A DNA stretch of 64,000 bases from contig JASANG010001409.1 of the NCBI GenBank assembly GCA_030248215.1, forward strand, positions 186,001-250,000. Reading direction: 5' to 3'. Shown here piece after piece: positions 1 through 14,600 of the stretch. The position numbers were made by a program, and so were the translations under genes. The DNA is from Enoplolaimus lenunculus (taxonomy: Eukaryota). The notes under the pieces were generated by a model. The model ran no database searches, had not been told where the DNA came from, and saw nothing but the letters and a program-made list of their open reading frames with translations. Within the stretch, counting starts at the first letter, position 1. Every line of letters starts with the position of its first letter.

Positions 1-1031
1 TACGCGTGTCAACAGGCTGGTGTACGCGCTTATCCAACAGTTAGGTTGTATCAAGGCTCAGACTCAGCTGAGTTTGCTCAGGTGAATAATTTACACAGTT
101 TTCTGCTTTGCGTAGTCTGAATTTTAATTGTGAATTTTTGAAAATTTTTTCAAACAGATAAAAAGTGTTGTAGGTAGAGCCTCTTTTTATTTAATCACAA
201 ATCAAAGTTGACAGCGACACAAAAAGTGTTATAAATTTGGCTACAAAGTCGTTGTAACATTAAAGGTACTGTTAACATAGCGGTATTTTCAGTTTTTGTT
301 ATAACCTACAATTATTATTAAATTAAAACATTTTCTGTATGCTTGAGCCATTAGCTTAGTGTAATTTAATTTCAGGATCCATACGGGCTTTCACTTGAGT
401 CTCAGGACCAAAATACGCTTATTCGTGTAATTCGACAGCACTTGTCGAATCGAAAGAAATCTCACGTACGTTTTTCAAGAGTTAAATGGGAAAACATAGA
501 ATTGAAAGCTGTCTTACGGTTTTTGAATTTTTAACCTTTTCTTCTATACACGTAATCAAGGTGCATAATTTCCACAAGACGTGTTAATTCATCGGTTTCA
601 GCGTCAAGCTTTTAGAGTTTGCAGTAATGGCATACGCCTTCCACATAAGCATACATGGTTCAAAATATGGCTTGAAACGAGATTTGAGTTGAAATTGGAA
701 ATATTCATGTGATAAAGAGTTACAGAGAATTATTTTTCGAAACACTACGCTGTTGAATTTAATTTAACTGAGGAGATAAATTGGTGTTAATAAGTATATT
801 CATGCGGGAAAGGGTTAGAGCATTTTAAACTTAAATTCAAACAACAGTAATTTCAATACCACACGCTGTTGAATTTAATTTAATGGAGAGGGATACTGAT
901 GTTAATAAATAGTTCCATGAGAAAATTCAGAAATAGTTGAGCCGAGTGAGTTTTTTGTTTTCCGTGTTCGTCTAAGTAATCCATTATTTCAGGGAAATAA
1001 CCAAAGACAACGCAAACGAGATGAATTTTAG
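1..1031 (+). CDS. DNAJC10: 3' end of DnaJ homolog subfamily C member 10 (ERdj5 / dnj-27-like ER disulfide reductase); partial, last 3 exons
   Basis: Exons <1-81 (YACQQAGVRAYPTVRLYQGSDSAEFAQ), 376-465 (DPYGLSLESQDQNTLIRVIRQHLSNRKKSH) and 993-1031 (GNNQRQRKRDEF*), all GT-AG and phase 0. CQxAGxRAYPTV matches the last thioredoxin-like domain of ERdj5 as recalled, and the C-terminal RDEF is a KDEL-type ER-retention variant. Confidence 0.8.
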
Positions 1032-2305
1032 TTTACACTGGTATCGATCGTCCAGCACCTGGAAAATAGCATTACTGTAGTAACTTGTCCGTACGTTGTG
1101 ATATAACATATTTGACGATACGTAATGGCCTTAATACTGTTTTGTCTGTGCATAATATTTAATTGGCATCTGTCAGTCTAGATAGGTACAATTGGGAACT
1201 TCATAGCATTTGAACTAAGCAGCTGGGAAGAGCCATAATGTGGTGGTCTTTGAACTGCGTCACGTAGCACACTCCTTTAACTACGTTTTTAGTCGACTAT
1301 ATTTCGATACGTATGCTGCCGGCTAGCATGCAGCGTACTGTGCATCAGGGTCCCATCGGACCCACGATTCGACGTCGCTTTAGCAAGCCTTTGCTGGCAA
1401 GAGAAACATGTCAATTTTGAAACGCGAAACCATATTTAATTGAAACGTGTGTGAGGTTCGAACTGCAAGTTATAAAACATTTCGAAACATTATTCAGTCT
1501 GTTCAAGTTCTATTTTGTAACCACATACAGGTATTTCCGAATCTTGCTGGACGTGACTTATTTATTACCGAATTCGAATTCGATTCCCAAACTTAAATTT
1601 TGGCCAAATCTGAAAACGAATCCTAACTTTAATTGGCAATAACTTGTTGGTGGCAGGGGACGAATATCAAGACACACTCGGTTCAAATAGCTTCTATTAA
1701 TGGATAAGTAATCCGCTTAAGCGTGTTAACGAAATCCTGGTGGTGCTACGAAAGTCACTTTAGGCTATTTGCTGAATGTTGGTGCTGGCAACGCTTTATA
1801 GCTATTAAACAGTTTTACAAAATGTATTTATCAATTATTTCTGGTCAGGGTAAGTACTGATTAATTTAGAACAGCTTAAAGTAATATTAGAGGAAAGCTT
1901 AGACATAATGTATGGATATCATCCAAACATTACTATTACTTTAGTAATCTTAACCAAAACACAAACTGGAACTTAATGTAAAGCGTAGTGATGTTCACAG
2001 TACAACGTATAGCTTATGCCATAATTGGACGAAAGCGGGCTTAAGCTTTGTAAAATTCATAACTGCAAAAGTAAGCAACTTTACTTATGGTTTAAAGCAA
2101 AAAATGTGATATAAATAGTTTAAAGACAATGCAATAATATATTTTATTCATATAAGCAGTTTTTCATTTGAAATATAATCTAAAGAGTAAAGACACGAAG
2201 AAAAATATCTGTTTATTTTTAATAGCTCCATTACAAAACCACACGCGAATGTGTATGCTCATGGAAAGATATTTGCCTTATACAAAGTGTTAATTCGAAA
2301 AGAAA

Positions 2306-2486
2306 TTTGTAATATTACTTTGAATTGGAGTAAAGACCCACTCATTCGACCCTCAATGGAGTATGGTCCCATGAGAGGGTCTATTCTCCAACTCAAAGTG
2401 ATATTACAAACATTTTTTTTGTAATATCCCTTTGAATTGGAGAAAAGACCTTCTCATGGAATCCTCATTGGAGTAGGGTAGCATGA
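2306..2486. repeat. ~105-bp palindromic element plus a partial tandem second copy
   Basis: TTTGTAATATTACTTTGAATTGGAG ... CTCCAACTCAAAGTGATATTACAAA, restarting at about 2418. Confidence 0.65.
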
Positions 2487-2781
2487 CGGAGCCATGAACA
2501 CAACTGTGGATATTAAGTGTCTGTTTAATTCACAAGTAATGTGGTTTCGTAGAGCGAAACTGCTTTATAGCTAAATGAAATAAGTCGGCTGTAAAGACTA
2601 AATCATTTTAGTTTGACCTGATCTATTCAATGTTTGTTCAATTCGCTATATTTGTTGAGATATTTTGTTGTTAACTTGATCGAACTGGGGTGTGTCGGTG
2701 TAAACATGCGTCGACTTAGTTGCATTCGCCTGGAAATTGTGGCATTCCTGACTAATTTGGGTTGTTGGTTATGCTTTTGCT

Positions 2782-2994
2782 GGCCAATGTTACTTTAAGG
2801 TGCGTAACAGTAGATTAAGCGTATTCCTAAACCTAAGTGTTGCAAAAATGTGTTTCTAAGCCTAAGCCGAAGCGTTGCAAAAAGGAGTTCCGAAGCGTAA
2901 GCCTAAGCCTAAACGAAAAATGTAATCTACAGCCTAAACCTACTCTTTTATAGACCCACCAGAAACGTGGACGCCCCTTAAAGTAACATGGGCC
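2782..2994 (+). mobile_element. Telomeric-repeat-bearing MITE, family A (Merlin-like)
   Basis: TIRs GGCCAATGTTACTTTAAGG / CCTTAAAGTAACATGGGCC (18/19), internal GCCTAA repeats, flanks CTTTTGCT / GTTTTGTT (6/8). Confidence 0.75.
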
Positions 2995-5675
2995 GTTTTG
3001 TTAGTGGTCAAAGTGTATTTTTGTAATTGTAGTGTTAATATTTTTACAGAGTTGACTTGCTCTGAGATCAGTCGAGCTGGACACGAGTAGTCGGGTTATT
3101 GTTAATGTTGCTAGTTTGTATGTTTTGGTACAATGAGATCGTTTGTACGAGAGCGGGGTCAATAATGTCATTTTTCGTTTTGGTTTATATTTGACCGTTG
3201 AGACATAAACCAAACTGCAATTCGGCTTAAAGGCGCAGGACGCAGTTAAAACCTAATTCCTAAGCCTAAGCGTATAGATGAGCCTGTTCCTAAGCCTAAG
3301 CCTAAGTAAAAAAATTAGTCTAAAGCTTAAACGGAGTCTATTATAGCCCCTCCGGAAAACGATCCGGGGTTTTCTATACATGGGTCATAATGGTCATGCA
3401 TGTTAAGCGGCTTTGTGATGTGCGTATTACGAAATGTGTTGTTAACGCTAAGTTATTTTACAACATGGTGCGTATATTTGTTTTTACTAGTATAAAATGA
3501 ATTTTTAATATTTAGCATTTTGTTATACTGAACTATATATAATGCTTTAAATGTGGAATCTTTAAATTATTTAAAATATCTCAACGTTACAATGCCACAT
3601 AATTAAAGTCGAGATCCCGTTGCACTTTCACTGGAGGTATAAAATCAAATCTGATTGACTGGAGATATTACTTTTTTATTAGCGGAATTAAATGATTGAA
3701 AATGAATAAAATTACATTGATAGTCGGGCTAAATTTGTTAGTTTGTTATTTTACAGATAGCCTGGTTTTTTTCCACCAGGGTGCAACCGGAGTCTACATC
3801 CGCCTAAGAAATTTGTGCCACATGTTCCGGAATTTTTGCCGTAGATTCCGAAAGTTCCAGTAGTAAAATGTTTTGTTTTGGCAAGCAGTCAGCTTTTTCC
3901 GGTGGCACCCTATCGTCCTCGAAAATTCTGCTATTGTGGTCATAGTGTATCATACTCACTTAAACTTAAATGATAGCTTAACTAAACTTGAATACTAGGT
4001 TAAGTAAAACTCAAATGCCTGGACGGACTAACTAAACTAGAATTTGAAGCTTTACTTAAACTAGCGTATTTTTAAGCTTAACACGAGTTTAAGTAAACTT
4101 ATTTTTAATTTAATTTACAAGTGCAGCCCAGAAATTATGTGTATCAAAAAGTTCACAAAGTTTAGCATAAACTGAAAATACGTAAGATTTTAAATTAGTT
4201 AGCGTAAAAAGTTGTCATGTAGATTTGTTGGCGTCTTCCGTTTGTTTAAATCAAACAATTCAATTGAACTAATTTTTGCTGTTCAAATTTTATTGGTTTC
4301 ATATCCGTTTCTGTTTCCGGTTTTTTAGCACGGTCCATTACCGGTATTTTAATTATCCGTTTTTATACAATGGTCCATATACACGCCGTGCCGTATACAA
4401 TGGCGAAGAGTACTGTAGTGATCCGAAGAAAAGGGGTCCCTATTTTGAGTATTCGGGCCGCTACAGTAGTACTGGTTAATTGGCATATTTATTTTGTTAC
4501 AGTAAATTCTGTGAATATCTTAATAATCCAAGCTGTTTTGTTGGCTCTCTGAGCAGATAATAAACTTTTGCAGGTCAGTGTAGAAATAACGGAAATTCTG
4601 TTCGTTTTCCGTTATTTTAACTGTCCGTTTACACCATTGCAGGGTACATAAGAAAGAACAGATTTTTGAGAACAATTGCTAAAATTGTCCCATTTGAGCT
4701 ATTTGTCTTCTTGAAAAGTCAAAACTAATAGCTAAAATTAGTATATACCGTTCCTGACGCTATGGATGCTGCAATCGCAGTGAAAATGATTTGATACGGA
4801 ATATCTGAGCGTTTACTGTATTTGCTATAGGAACCAAAGTCGTGAACAGTATGTTTTTGTGTACACCAGAGGTGAAACCGTTCGTGCCGGCAATCGTAAC
4901 CATATAACCGGCCAAAAACGTTCTTGACAGCAAAGTTTTTGTACTTCAATAAAACTTAGCTATCATGAAATGGTTTTTTATTAAAATTTAGTGGGTTCCG
5001 GTATAAGATGCATAGATGTTTTTGGTAACATTTCGCTTAGATCATAATGGCCATTTATTCGGGGTTCACGTTATAACGGGGGCTGCTTGGGACACGTTTT
5101 GTCCCTTTTAGACTAATGGGTAACATTTTGTCTGCTTGTAGACCCTATATCGTATTCAAAAATTTGTATTTGCTAATATGTGTAGGTCACGTTTTGTTCT
5201 TCAATATCATATGATATTCGAAGTATTGTCTGCGAATATCATATATTTTCAAATGTCTGCATGCTTGAGGTAACATACCCAAATTGTCCTGTTGAATGTC
5301 GTGTGATACTCGAATGTGAAATTTGAATTTTTGAATTATGAAGCAGTGGTTGTAAGCGATTTTGTATCGTAAACGTTTTGCACGCGTGTATTTGGTATTT
5401 AAAGCACATCTGTGCTTCTGCCGTATTTATCAGCACTCAAAAATTACATTGTCCCACTGAATATCATATGACATTTCCTTCAAATTTTGGAATATCATAT
5501 AATATTCGCGTAAATGTCGCCCAGTATCATGTGACATACCGTGCCTTGTACACATTGGCCATTTGAGACTGCGAATCGTTGGCTTAACTATTTATGGGAT
5601 ATAATTATTGCTAAAATGAACCAATGTTACGTGTTGTATATTTTTATTCTCGCGAGTTGTGAGAAACCGTAAATA

Positions 5676-8600
5676 ATGTTTGCGCTGCTTGTGGGACTGC
5701 TGCTTATAACAATAGTGTTCTATTCGCCGTAAGTTTAATTTTTAAATTTTTTAAGACAAGTATCAAAGGCTGTTGCTTGCAATAACGGTACGAGATTGAA
5801 TTGTCTCTCGTAACAACACCATCTAAACCTTAATTCAATTTAATTTCATACCGTTATTGCAAGCAACAGCCTTTGATACTTGTCCTGTTGCTTGCAGTAA
5901 CGGTATGAGATTAAATTGAATTAAGGTTTAGATGGTGTTGTTACGAGAGACAATTCAATCTAATCACAACAGGGAATAGGTTTTCAGGCAACCGAAGTGC
6001 CACAGTTGCGACTTGCGCAATCTGCTGCCAAACAGTGCAATTCAAACGCGTGAGCTAAAGTTAAATTGTTTTCATGAACTGGTTCAAAAGCTGGCATGTA
6101 TATACCAGGGTGCGACCGGAAATCCGGTTCCAGTTTAATATCCGGCAAAAGCTGATATCCGTAATTAAATAATTTCTATTTATCAGCAGCAATTATGAAC
6201 TTTATAAAAGGCGAAACCTTGAGGACGATAAAAATACAGCGAAAAAATAAATTATTTTAACGTGTACAATATTCGGTATCCGGTCCCTGTTCCGGTAAAA
6301 AAATTTAACATCCGGTTCCAATATCCGGTTAATTAATATCTGGTCGCACCCTGGTATATATAGTTCGTGCCACTGTCTAAGAGTGCGACTGCATATCCGG
6401 CCCTGGCAAAAAATGGCATTCAACTGGTTGATCCGGTGGCGTAAATTAACATGGTTAAGTTTTACTTTTTATTAAAACTTTCAAAATAATATCGTGCTCC
6501 GGTGTCCGGTTTCGGCCGGATATTGTGCTGGGTAATCGGTTGCATCCTGATATCGGCACATGTTACTTTAAGGGGCGTCCAGGTTTCTGGTGGTTCTATG
6601 AAAGAGTATGTTTAGATTCTGGATTATATTTTTGCTTAGGCTTAGGCGTAGGAACACAGTTTTGCAACGCTTAGGCTTATGCTTAGGCTTATGCTTAGGC
6701 TTAGGCTTAGGAACTCATTTTTGTAACGCTTAGGCTTTAGGCGTAGGCTTGGGAATACGCTTAATCTACTGTTACGCCCATTAAAGTAACATTGGCCCCG
6801 ATATCTGTATAATATGCTGCAAATTGATCGTTTTAGTGTTGCGTCATGGACAATTCGGTATATTGTGTTCAAGCTGTTCATGCTCAAGATATCAATTGGT
6901 CGCATTCGATTTTTCTCAACGTACAATGTTAAAATTGATATTCCAGGAAAAGTTTCCTTGGTAAGTATGGTAAATTGATGTCGTATTTATGTAAACGACG
7001 ATCTTATGATGAGTAGTGCCTTTGTTGTAAACGTTTCGACTTCTTAATTTTTGCTCAAGCTTCCTTGAATAATTCTAAATTACGATATTAATTTCGCGGT
7101 GTTTCTGCAAATCGATAGATTTAAACAATGGCTGGGTTTTCGAAATCGTGCTTACGAATTTACTCAAGTTGTGCTTAAGTAATTATTTAAGTTGACGATT
7201 TAAGTAAATACTTAAATTTCGAGTAAAATCAAATCAATGCCAAATGTCAGCCATTGTCATAACAAGAAAGTATTAGTTTTGCTTTATATTACAAAGGCAC
7301 GCGTCTACAGTTTCAATTAGACTAAGGTTGGTATGCCTGAATGGTGCTAAAATTTAGTGAGCAACTTAAGTATTCACTTAACTATGTACGCTTTAAAAAC
7401 GCCAAAATCGTTAAGTAATTACTTAGCACGTACTTAACTACTAAGTCGTACTTAAGTGGGTTTCGGAAACCCAGCCAATATGTTTTAACTTTAACTGTGT
7501 GACATTTCATAAACTAAATAATATAAACTTTTTAGGAGTTCGATAAAATTTGGCTCTCAAGCAGTTTATTCAACCAAGAATACAGGTAAGCATCAGCACG
7601 AAGTACGTATGATTGTTAAATCACGTATGTTAGTTATCATGCAGTGGTTACTGCTAAGTTATTTTTAACCATACGTTATTTTCTGGTTTAGGTTGAAAAT
7701 CTGGCATTATGTTTTTAAGTTTCGTTTCTGGTAGTTTTTAATCCAGTTGCACAATGATAATAATTTTAAGCACAGTCATGGATAAAATTAAGTGCTCAAT
7801 AGCCGAAGTTGAGCCTGTGGCTGCGTCATTATAATCACGGTGATTGTGGTCGCGTTGGAATTAGCGGTTGTAACGCTGTTTACAAATTATTGAAAATTTT
7901 AATACGAGTAATCGCGGTTGCGGTTGTAATTATGATCGCAGTAACTGCGAACAGTTTGATTCGCGGTTGCGAACGATTGTATACAGGTCGAAACAGTCGA
8001 TGTATATAAGCCGCGGTTTGAAACGCGACCACGATTGGTCTTATTTCTGTACCCGTGACTGTACTTCTATTGACTGCAGCAAGCTGTTGGCAATATGTGT
8101 TGGCGATATTCGAATCGAAGCGTCACAGTTGCCGCGGCGATGTAGTGCTGTGAATTCATCAAGTCGACTGAAAAAGTCTGTCTCACGATCTCAGTCTTTG
8201 GCGTCGAGACAAAACTCAACGGAATCAAGCTCGAGCGGGTCGTCCAATGGAACTCTGGGTTTGTCAACGGCACAAGGTTACATTGCGAAATTGAGCAATT
8301 TGTTACAGGTAAGTAAAATTTCGTGATTTATGTTGTACAGTGGCGGATGAAGAGTTTTACGGAGCAAAACAGGGTGCCAGTTAAAGTTTGGATTCGGTTT
8401 CAGATTTGGCAAAAATTGAAATTTGGAATCGGATTCGGATTCTGTTTTGAAGATGTCGATTACAGTAAGGCTCGAGATTAACTGTTTGTGTTTGAGAAAT
8501 ATTGAATTTGAACGAAGTGAACCATTTACAAAAACGTTTTGTACTTACGGTTCGCACGGCAATCGATGTTTCAATGAATTCGGGTTTTTATGATTCGAAA

Positions 8601-11600
8601 GTGTTGCTAAGCCAGCATGGTAAATGGCTAAAGTTTTATGTTTAAAGGGATTTTTCAAAGTCATGATTCGGATTTGGAATCGATTTAAATCGTGGGTTTG
8701 ATACAGTACTGGTGGAGAATGGTTCTTGCTAGATCCCTGTTGATATTTTGTATGCATTTCCTTTTTGAAAGATTATTGCAGTTTATTGAGAGTCGGCAAT
8801 TTTAATCGGAATAGCGGCATTCTTTGATCCCAAGATAAAATGAAAAGTTAACAGAATATTCCGTTTTGTTGCTGCATAAACGAAATATTCTTTTTTAAAT
8901 TTTAGTATATGTCGGTTACAATTTCAAATATCAATGTGGTGCTAATGGAAACAAACGTGCGTGATTGTTTGCTTCATTTGTCGATTGAAAGCGTATGTTT
9001 GGATAGCTTTCGAGATCGCCAAAGGTGAGAACAGTGAAAATATTCAAGTTGATGTGATATGGTAGGTTTTTATTCCTTGGTGTAACATTTGTATTCGTAC
9101 ATAGCTGTGATTTTTAATCAATTTTGTTTTTAAGAAAAAAGTTCTGAACGTAAACGGCAAACTTTAAAAATTTCAAACTGTAGCTGGATTAAGGGATATC
9201 GTACATTTATATTTACATGAGGACTGATGAAGTAAAGTAGGCGTTCGTAATATCGTCACACATGCGGTCTTCTTGTTCGGTTAAAAATATAAATTCCGGT
9301 TCTTTGGCGAGAACATTTACCTTGTTTGTAAAAGTCGCTTTATTTTAAAGCTTTTTCGACAAATCAGTCGTGTGGTAAGCATTGTCGGAGTCTGTTATTT
9401 TGTTGTGTGTATTTTAGTTGTTTTTTTTTGTTCGTCGTCTAATGTAATTTTTGAGGATGGACACTACTTTATTAGAGTTGTGTGTTAGTATTTAAACCTG
9501 TATCAAATGAATATTTTCTATTTCCTTTGAGACCTACTTTTATGCTAGGATTTGAACTCCAGTGACTGGAGTGGGAGGCGTTTACCATCACCACTCAGCT
9601 GTAGGAGCTTGACGCTCGAGCTCGAGGCTGCTCTCACATCTTGTGGTGATTTAGTACTATGTATATACGTGGTGCAATTGTTAAACACTGTACAATATAT
9701 TATATAACGTATATACACTGCGCTGAGCTGCCTGTGGGCAACTCAATGTGAGAAGGGGTTAAAAATTGAAAATGCAGTAGTGTAATAACTATTAGAAAGT
9801 ACTGATAGTTTCTGAAAAGGCTGCGAAATGCACTTTGAGTCGATATTTTGCGTGATAAGATTGCCTTAAATGGCAAACACGTTTTTATTGGCTCGTTAAG
9901 TGCAAAGTAGTAGCATTTAACTGGCTTCTCCACAGGGGGGGTGGGGGGCAGCAAAATTAGCTGCCCCCAGGAAACTCCTGTGGGGCCCCCACGAAACGCC
10001 TCCCGGCGGAAATTTTCAAGCTGTGGAGAAGCCAGTTTAAGTGCGGTGTTTTTTAAACTACAAAGTGTTCTTTGTGTTGTGCAATTTGAGGCTTAGGAGT
10101 CATTGCTTATAATGTGGAATAATGGTCACAGGGAATATGTGAGTTTGATTTACTCGTTTTAACGAATCGTCAGTGTTTTCACTGATTTACACTGAGCGAT
10201 ATTACTGTTGCAATCAAAAGAAAAATTTATTCGTTTAACTTAAGTTTGTTGTCTGAGTAAGATGCTAAATAGACTAAGCTAAAGACCTTATTAAACAGTG
10301 TTTCTGCTACACGTTCAATAGTTACCTAAAGTGTTATCAGCACGGCCATATCCGTTTGAAATTTTTCAGTAAAAAGAAGTATATGAGATATGAGTAGGCG
10401 GCACTTCTATTTACTGCTACGGACTGGGTTGTACCAAAATGTTACACCGACGTTAATTCACAGTAGTTTGCCTATTAAAAGTACGTAATCAACTAGAGAA
10501 TTCCATTTTTGAAATATAAATGCTAAAATGCTTAAGCGTACACAAACAGAGTTAAAAATTTCAAATCTTTAGACAATGGGTTTTAACTACAATAGTTCAG
10601 TTTTGAATTTTCAAACCATTCTACAGTTTGTAAAAAAACTGGCCGCTGGGTTAAATATCCTTATTGATTTTAAACAAATTAAGAAAACGTAAGCAAATTG
10701 AATTATCAAAATGTACCAGTGTCTAAAAGTTCCAAATGAACGCTTGCTAGGGACACTTTTTGTAATCTTTTTTTGGTGTTTTAGTTTGCGTTGTGAGCTT
10801 GGATGTGGTCTTTTGAATGGAAAATTGTTGCAACGAACAAACCAGGTAAGTGGCGAATTTTGTGGTCAAGAGACTTTTATTCACCGTTATGATTATTTTT
10901 GGAGCAGAGAAAGAAAGAAGAAAGAAAGAAGTATTTATTAAGCTACTTTGACTTTTAAAAACATTATTTTGAGTTTGAAGCTGTATAATTATACCATATT
11001 ATTATAGACGTGCGCTGGTCAGCCGTGTGTGTTCGAATTTTCATTAGAGTCAAACACCAACGTGTATATTGATCTCAAAACGTTTCATATTTGCGTAAGT
11101 TATGTTTGCAACTTTTTTCATAACAATAAAGCATTATTTATTTAAATTATGAATTATTGTGAAAATGGATGTTAAAATACGCATCAATAAACATGCATTT
11201 GCTATTGGAACCAAAAGTAAGGATTAGACGAATTCTATATTTGTCATGAAATCTTTTGCGGTTCGGAATATTCGAAATGATTTTTGGCACCGCTTTAGTA
11301 ACATTGTGGATTTAGCTAGATCGCTTAGTTGATATATTTTAAATGTAAATTTAAATTTATCGAATCGTTATGATTTTATTTATACCCATTTATGTGGGAA
11401 TAAATGCAAAGACTTTTGATTTGTAAATAATGACTGCCATGCCGACTTTAAATTCCGGGTCGAAAGATTTCGTTTTACTGATTTTCACTTGATTCTTTTT
11501 TCTTTTAAATGCAATCGTTTTTGTGTTACAGCTGATTTCGCTCAATATCAATCTGCCAGCTGTGATAATGCTTGAAGGTATTGCATTACATAATGGCTGG

Positions 11601-14600
11601 GTTTGTAAAATCTTACTTGAGTATGTACTTAAGCTATGCCTAAGTAATTACATAAGTCGCTGACTTAAGTAAATACTTAACTTTTCGAACAAAATAGGTA
11701 AACGCCAAATGGGATCCATTGTCATAACAAAAAAGTTTTAATATACTTAACTTAAGTGTAAATTAAAATTCAGCTATACAGTGGATTTGTTGTTGAAAGT
11801 AAAATTTGTCAAATGTTGTTGCAAGCGTACACATACCGACTCATGTGTGGATTGCCAATATTACAGGGCCGTACAGGTATTTGTGTTTATTTTCTAATCC
11901 AATTTTGTATATAGAATAATGTTAGTGTGAAGTGATAGATTTAGTAATGGAAAAAGTCAGCGTGAGACTTTTAGTTTACCTGGCCATGTAAATATGATGT
12001 TAGGTTACATTTATGATTCAGATTTAAATCGCTTTATAGGTTATATTGTTAAGATGTGTTTTGCATTCACAGAATTTCCACAACTGCTACTTAATAATTT
12101 TGTGATTCAAACGTCAAAATGTTCACCGTCGGCGGAAAAAGGTTCAAACAATCAAAGCAACGACGGTGTAGAAAATTCTGAATTTGCTTCAAAGTCATGG
12201 TTCGACTTAGATAAGTTGCCTCAATTTTGTCCGTCTGAAATGCGGTTGATAGTTGCCGGCAGCAGTGTGAAGTTATGCAGTAGTGGAAATCAATTAGACC
12301 GGTAAGTTTGCGAAAAATTGGATATGATTTCAGGCTCCGAGGAGTGGGCTCAAAAAAATTTCAGAACCATCGCTTGAGTGCATATTTCAAAAAGAATTAA
12401 TAAAAGTTAATAGTTTTGTAGTTTCCAACATTTGTATTATTGTTGTGCTTGTTCAAATTTAGTGTTTACTAGTCAACGTGGTTGCAACATTTGCAACCGA
12501 TGCCGACATATTTCCTGCAAAAATGTCGCAATGCAAATCTTATTGTAAAATACTGTATAAGCAAGTATAAAAAGTATTAATCATTGATTTGCTTACGTGT
12601 ATAAAATCAGATAGAACGATGCCCAAAATAGGTATTAATTCAAAATGTGGCACAGTAATATTTTCCCCACATTTTGTAAATTTGTTTGTTCTGCCGTTTG
12701 GGTACGCGCAGTTACAAGCGTAAAAATTACGTGAAAAATTACATAAAAGTTTCAATCGGACATTGTTTTATAGATCTGATGACATTTTAGAGAACGTAAC
12801 TTAATGCTTGAATTGCAAGCATTTGAAATCGGTATCGCAAGAATGGCCGAACCAGTGAACGGAGTGGCAGCTTCAATGGATTGGTTAGAACTTGCGGTGA
12901 AAGATACTCAAAAAGTGGTTGCGAACGTGCGAACTCTACATTGTGTTGTCAAGGTAAGTAGTCATATTTAAATACGAAGCAATGGTAAAAGTTTGAATGA
13001 TATTTGAACTAATTTATTATGTTGGACTGGGATTTAACTTTAACCTGTAATTTCGTGCTCTTTTGAAGTAATTCTTTGCTGTCAAATGCTTTGTGACAAT
13101 GACAAATTTGTTTGTGAGAGTGATGTGCCCTCCAGTCAGATACCGGTTGGTAAATCCAAGAGCGGATGATGCATACTTTAACAAGAGTGAGTATGCAACT
13201 GGGTATATTCTATGTAGAAAAGAACGTACCCGGCACACATTGCGTTTTTGGCCTACCCCCTTTATTTAGAAGAGGGTACAGCCTGTGCAGACCATGACAC
13301 TTTATCCGGCAACAAAATTTATCTGCTTATAGTTTAATTTAGGGTTATTGCATGTGGCAACGACCCTCCCTCTAAGGGGGGTCCGCCAAAAACGCAACGC
13401 CCGGTAGTACATTTTGTACCATGTGGAACCTCAAGAGTAGCACACTCTTTGTATTATGCACTCTATGGTAAAACTCGTGTAAGTTTTATTGTTGCTCCTT
13501 TTTTAATGTTACAACAAGGTATTAATACCACATTATTTTATGTTGCAAAAACAATATTATTTAATTTCTTCTATAAATGATCGTGTAAATTAGCAGCGTG
13601 AGGTGGTACAAAAATGTTTACGCAATTTTCAGCAAGTATATACTCTTGCCTAGAAGTTGTCATCAACTGTTGACTCCCGCATTATTTATTCGTACTTTAT
13701 TTTTCTAGGTTGTCCAGAAAGCTTTAACAGTACATTTGGGTTCTGAACAACCAACGCTAATACTGCGACAAGAAACCTTTCATTGGCTTATAAGCGTTTT
13801 CGCCTGTAGACGATTGTTGACTGCAATTTCGGGAGAAGAATTTGTGGATAGCAGGTAAGTTGAACTGTAGTAGTTTGAGAGTTTGAGTTTTGAAAAATAT
13901 ATTCTGTCGCAGATTTCTTAACGTACCAGCTGATTAGGTGGCTAGTATAGTGCTGTGACTTTGAACTGTATTTTGAAAGTTTAATTTTTATGTTCGGAAA
14001 AATAGAAGTATGTACCGGCAGAGGCAAATATAATGGTGTACATTTGTAGTGTTTGAGATTTGAGTTGTTGACGCAGAGCTGAAATATCTGATAGTGTTAT
14101 GAAATCAGAATGAAATGCATGCATTGCTGCAAAATTGAAGTTTCTTACGCTAAAATTTTCTATACTTGAGCGTTTTTTGACTCACGGAAAAGCGCAAACT
14201 GTCGATTTCTTTAAGCGGAGTTCAGATTATTGTATACTTATGCTAACCGCACAGCAAAAATTTTGATTAAGTTTTGGATAAATTTATAGAAATTTCAGTT
14301 GAGTCTCTGCAACAACTTTATATGCATTGGGAGGTCGCAAAATTTGAACAACGAAAAAGATTACTTTTGGCTGCCAAACTATAACAAGATTGGTTTGATT
14401 AAAAGGATAGTTTGTTGTTTTAGTGAGGATACAAGCAGTAACGATGACAGCCAGCCTGAAAATAACGTAGGCCGCGCTGCGATGTGTTCGTTGCAAGACC
14501 TCAATATTGAAGTGACAGATGCACGTCTAAGCTACTGTCCTTCTACTTGCAATTCCAATCCAGTCCCTTGCCTCAATACCTCATTTAGCTTCCTAAATGT

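Noticed and set aside
1031..5676. DNAJC10-BLTP2 operon
   Set aside because: Same strand, but the spacer is 4.6 kb and repeat-filled, and there is no clear trans-splice acceptor before the ATG.
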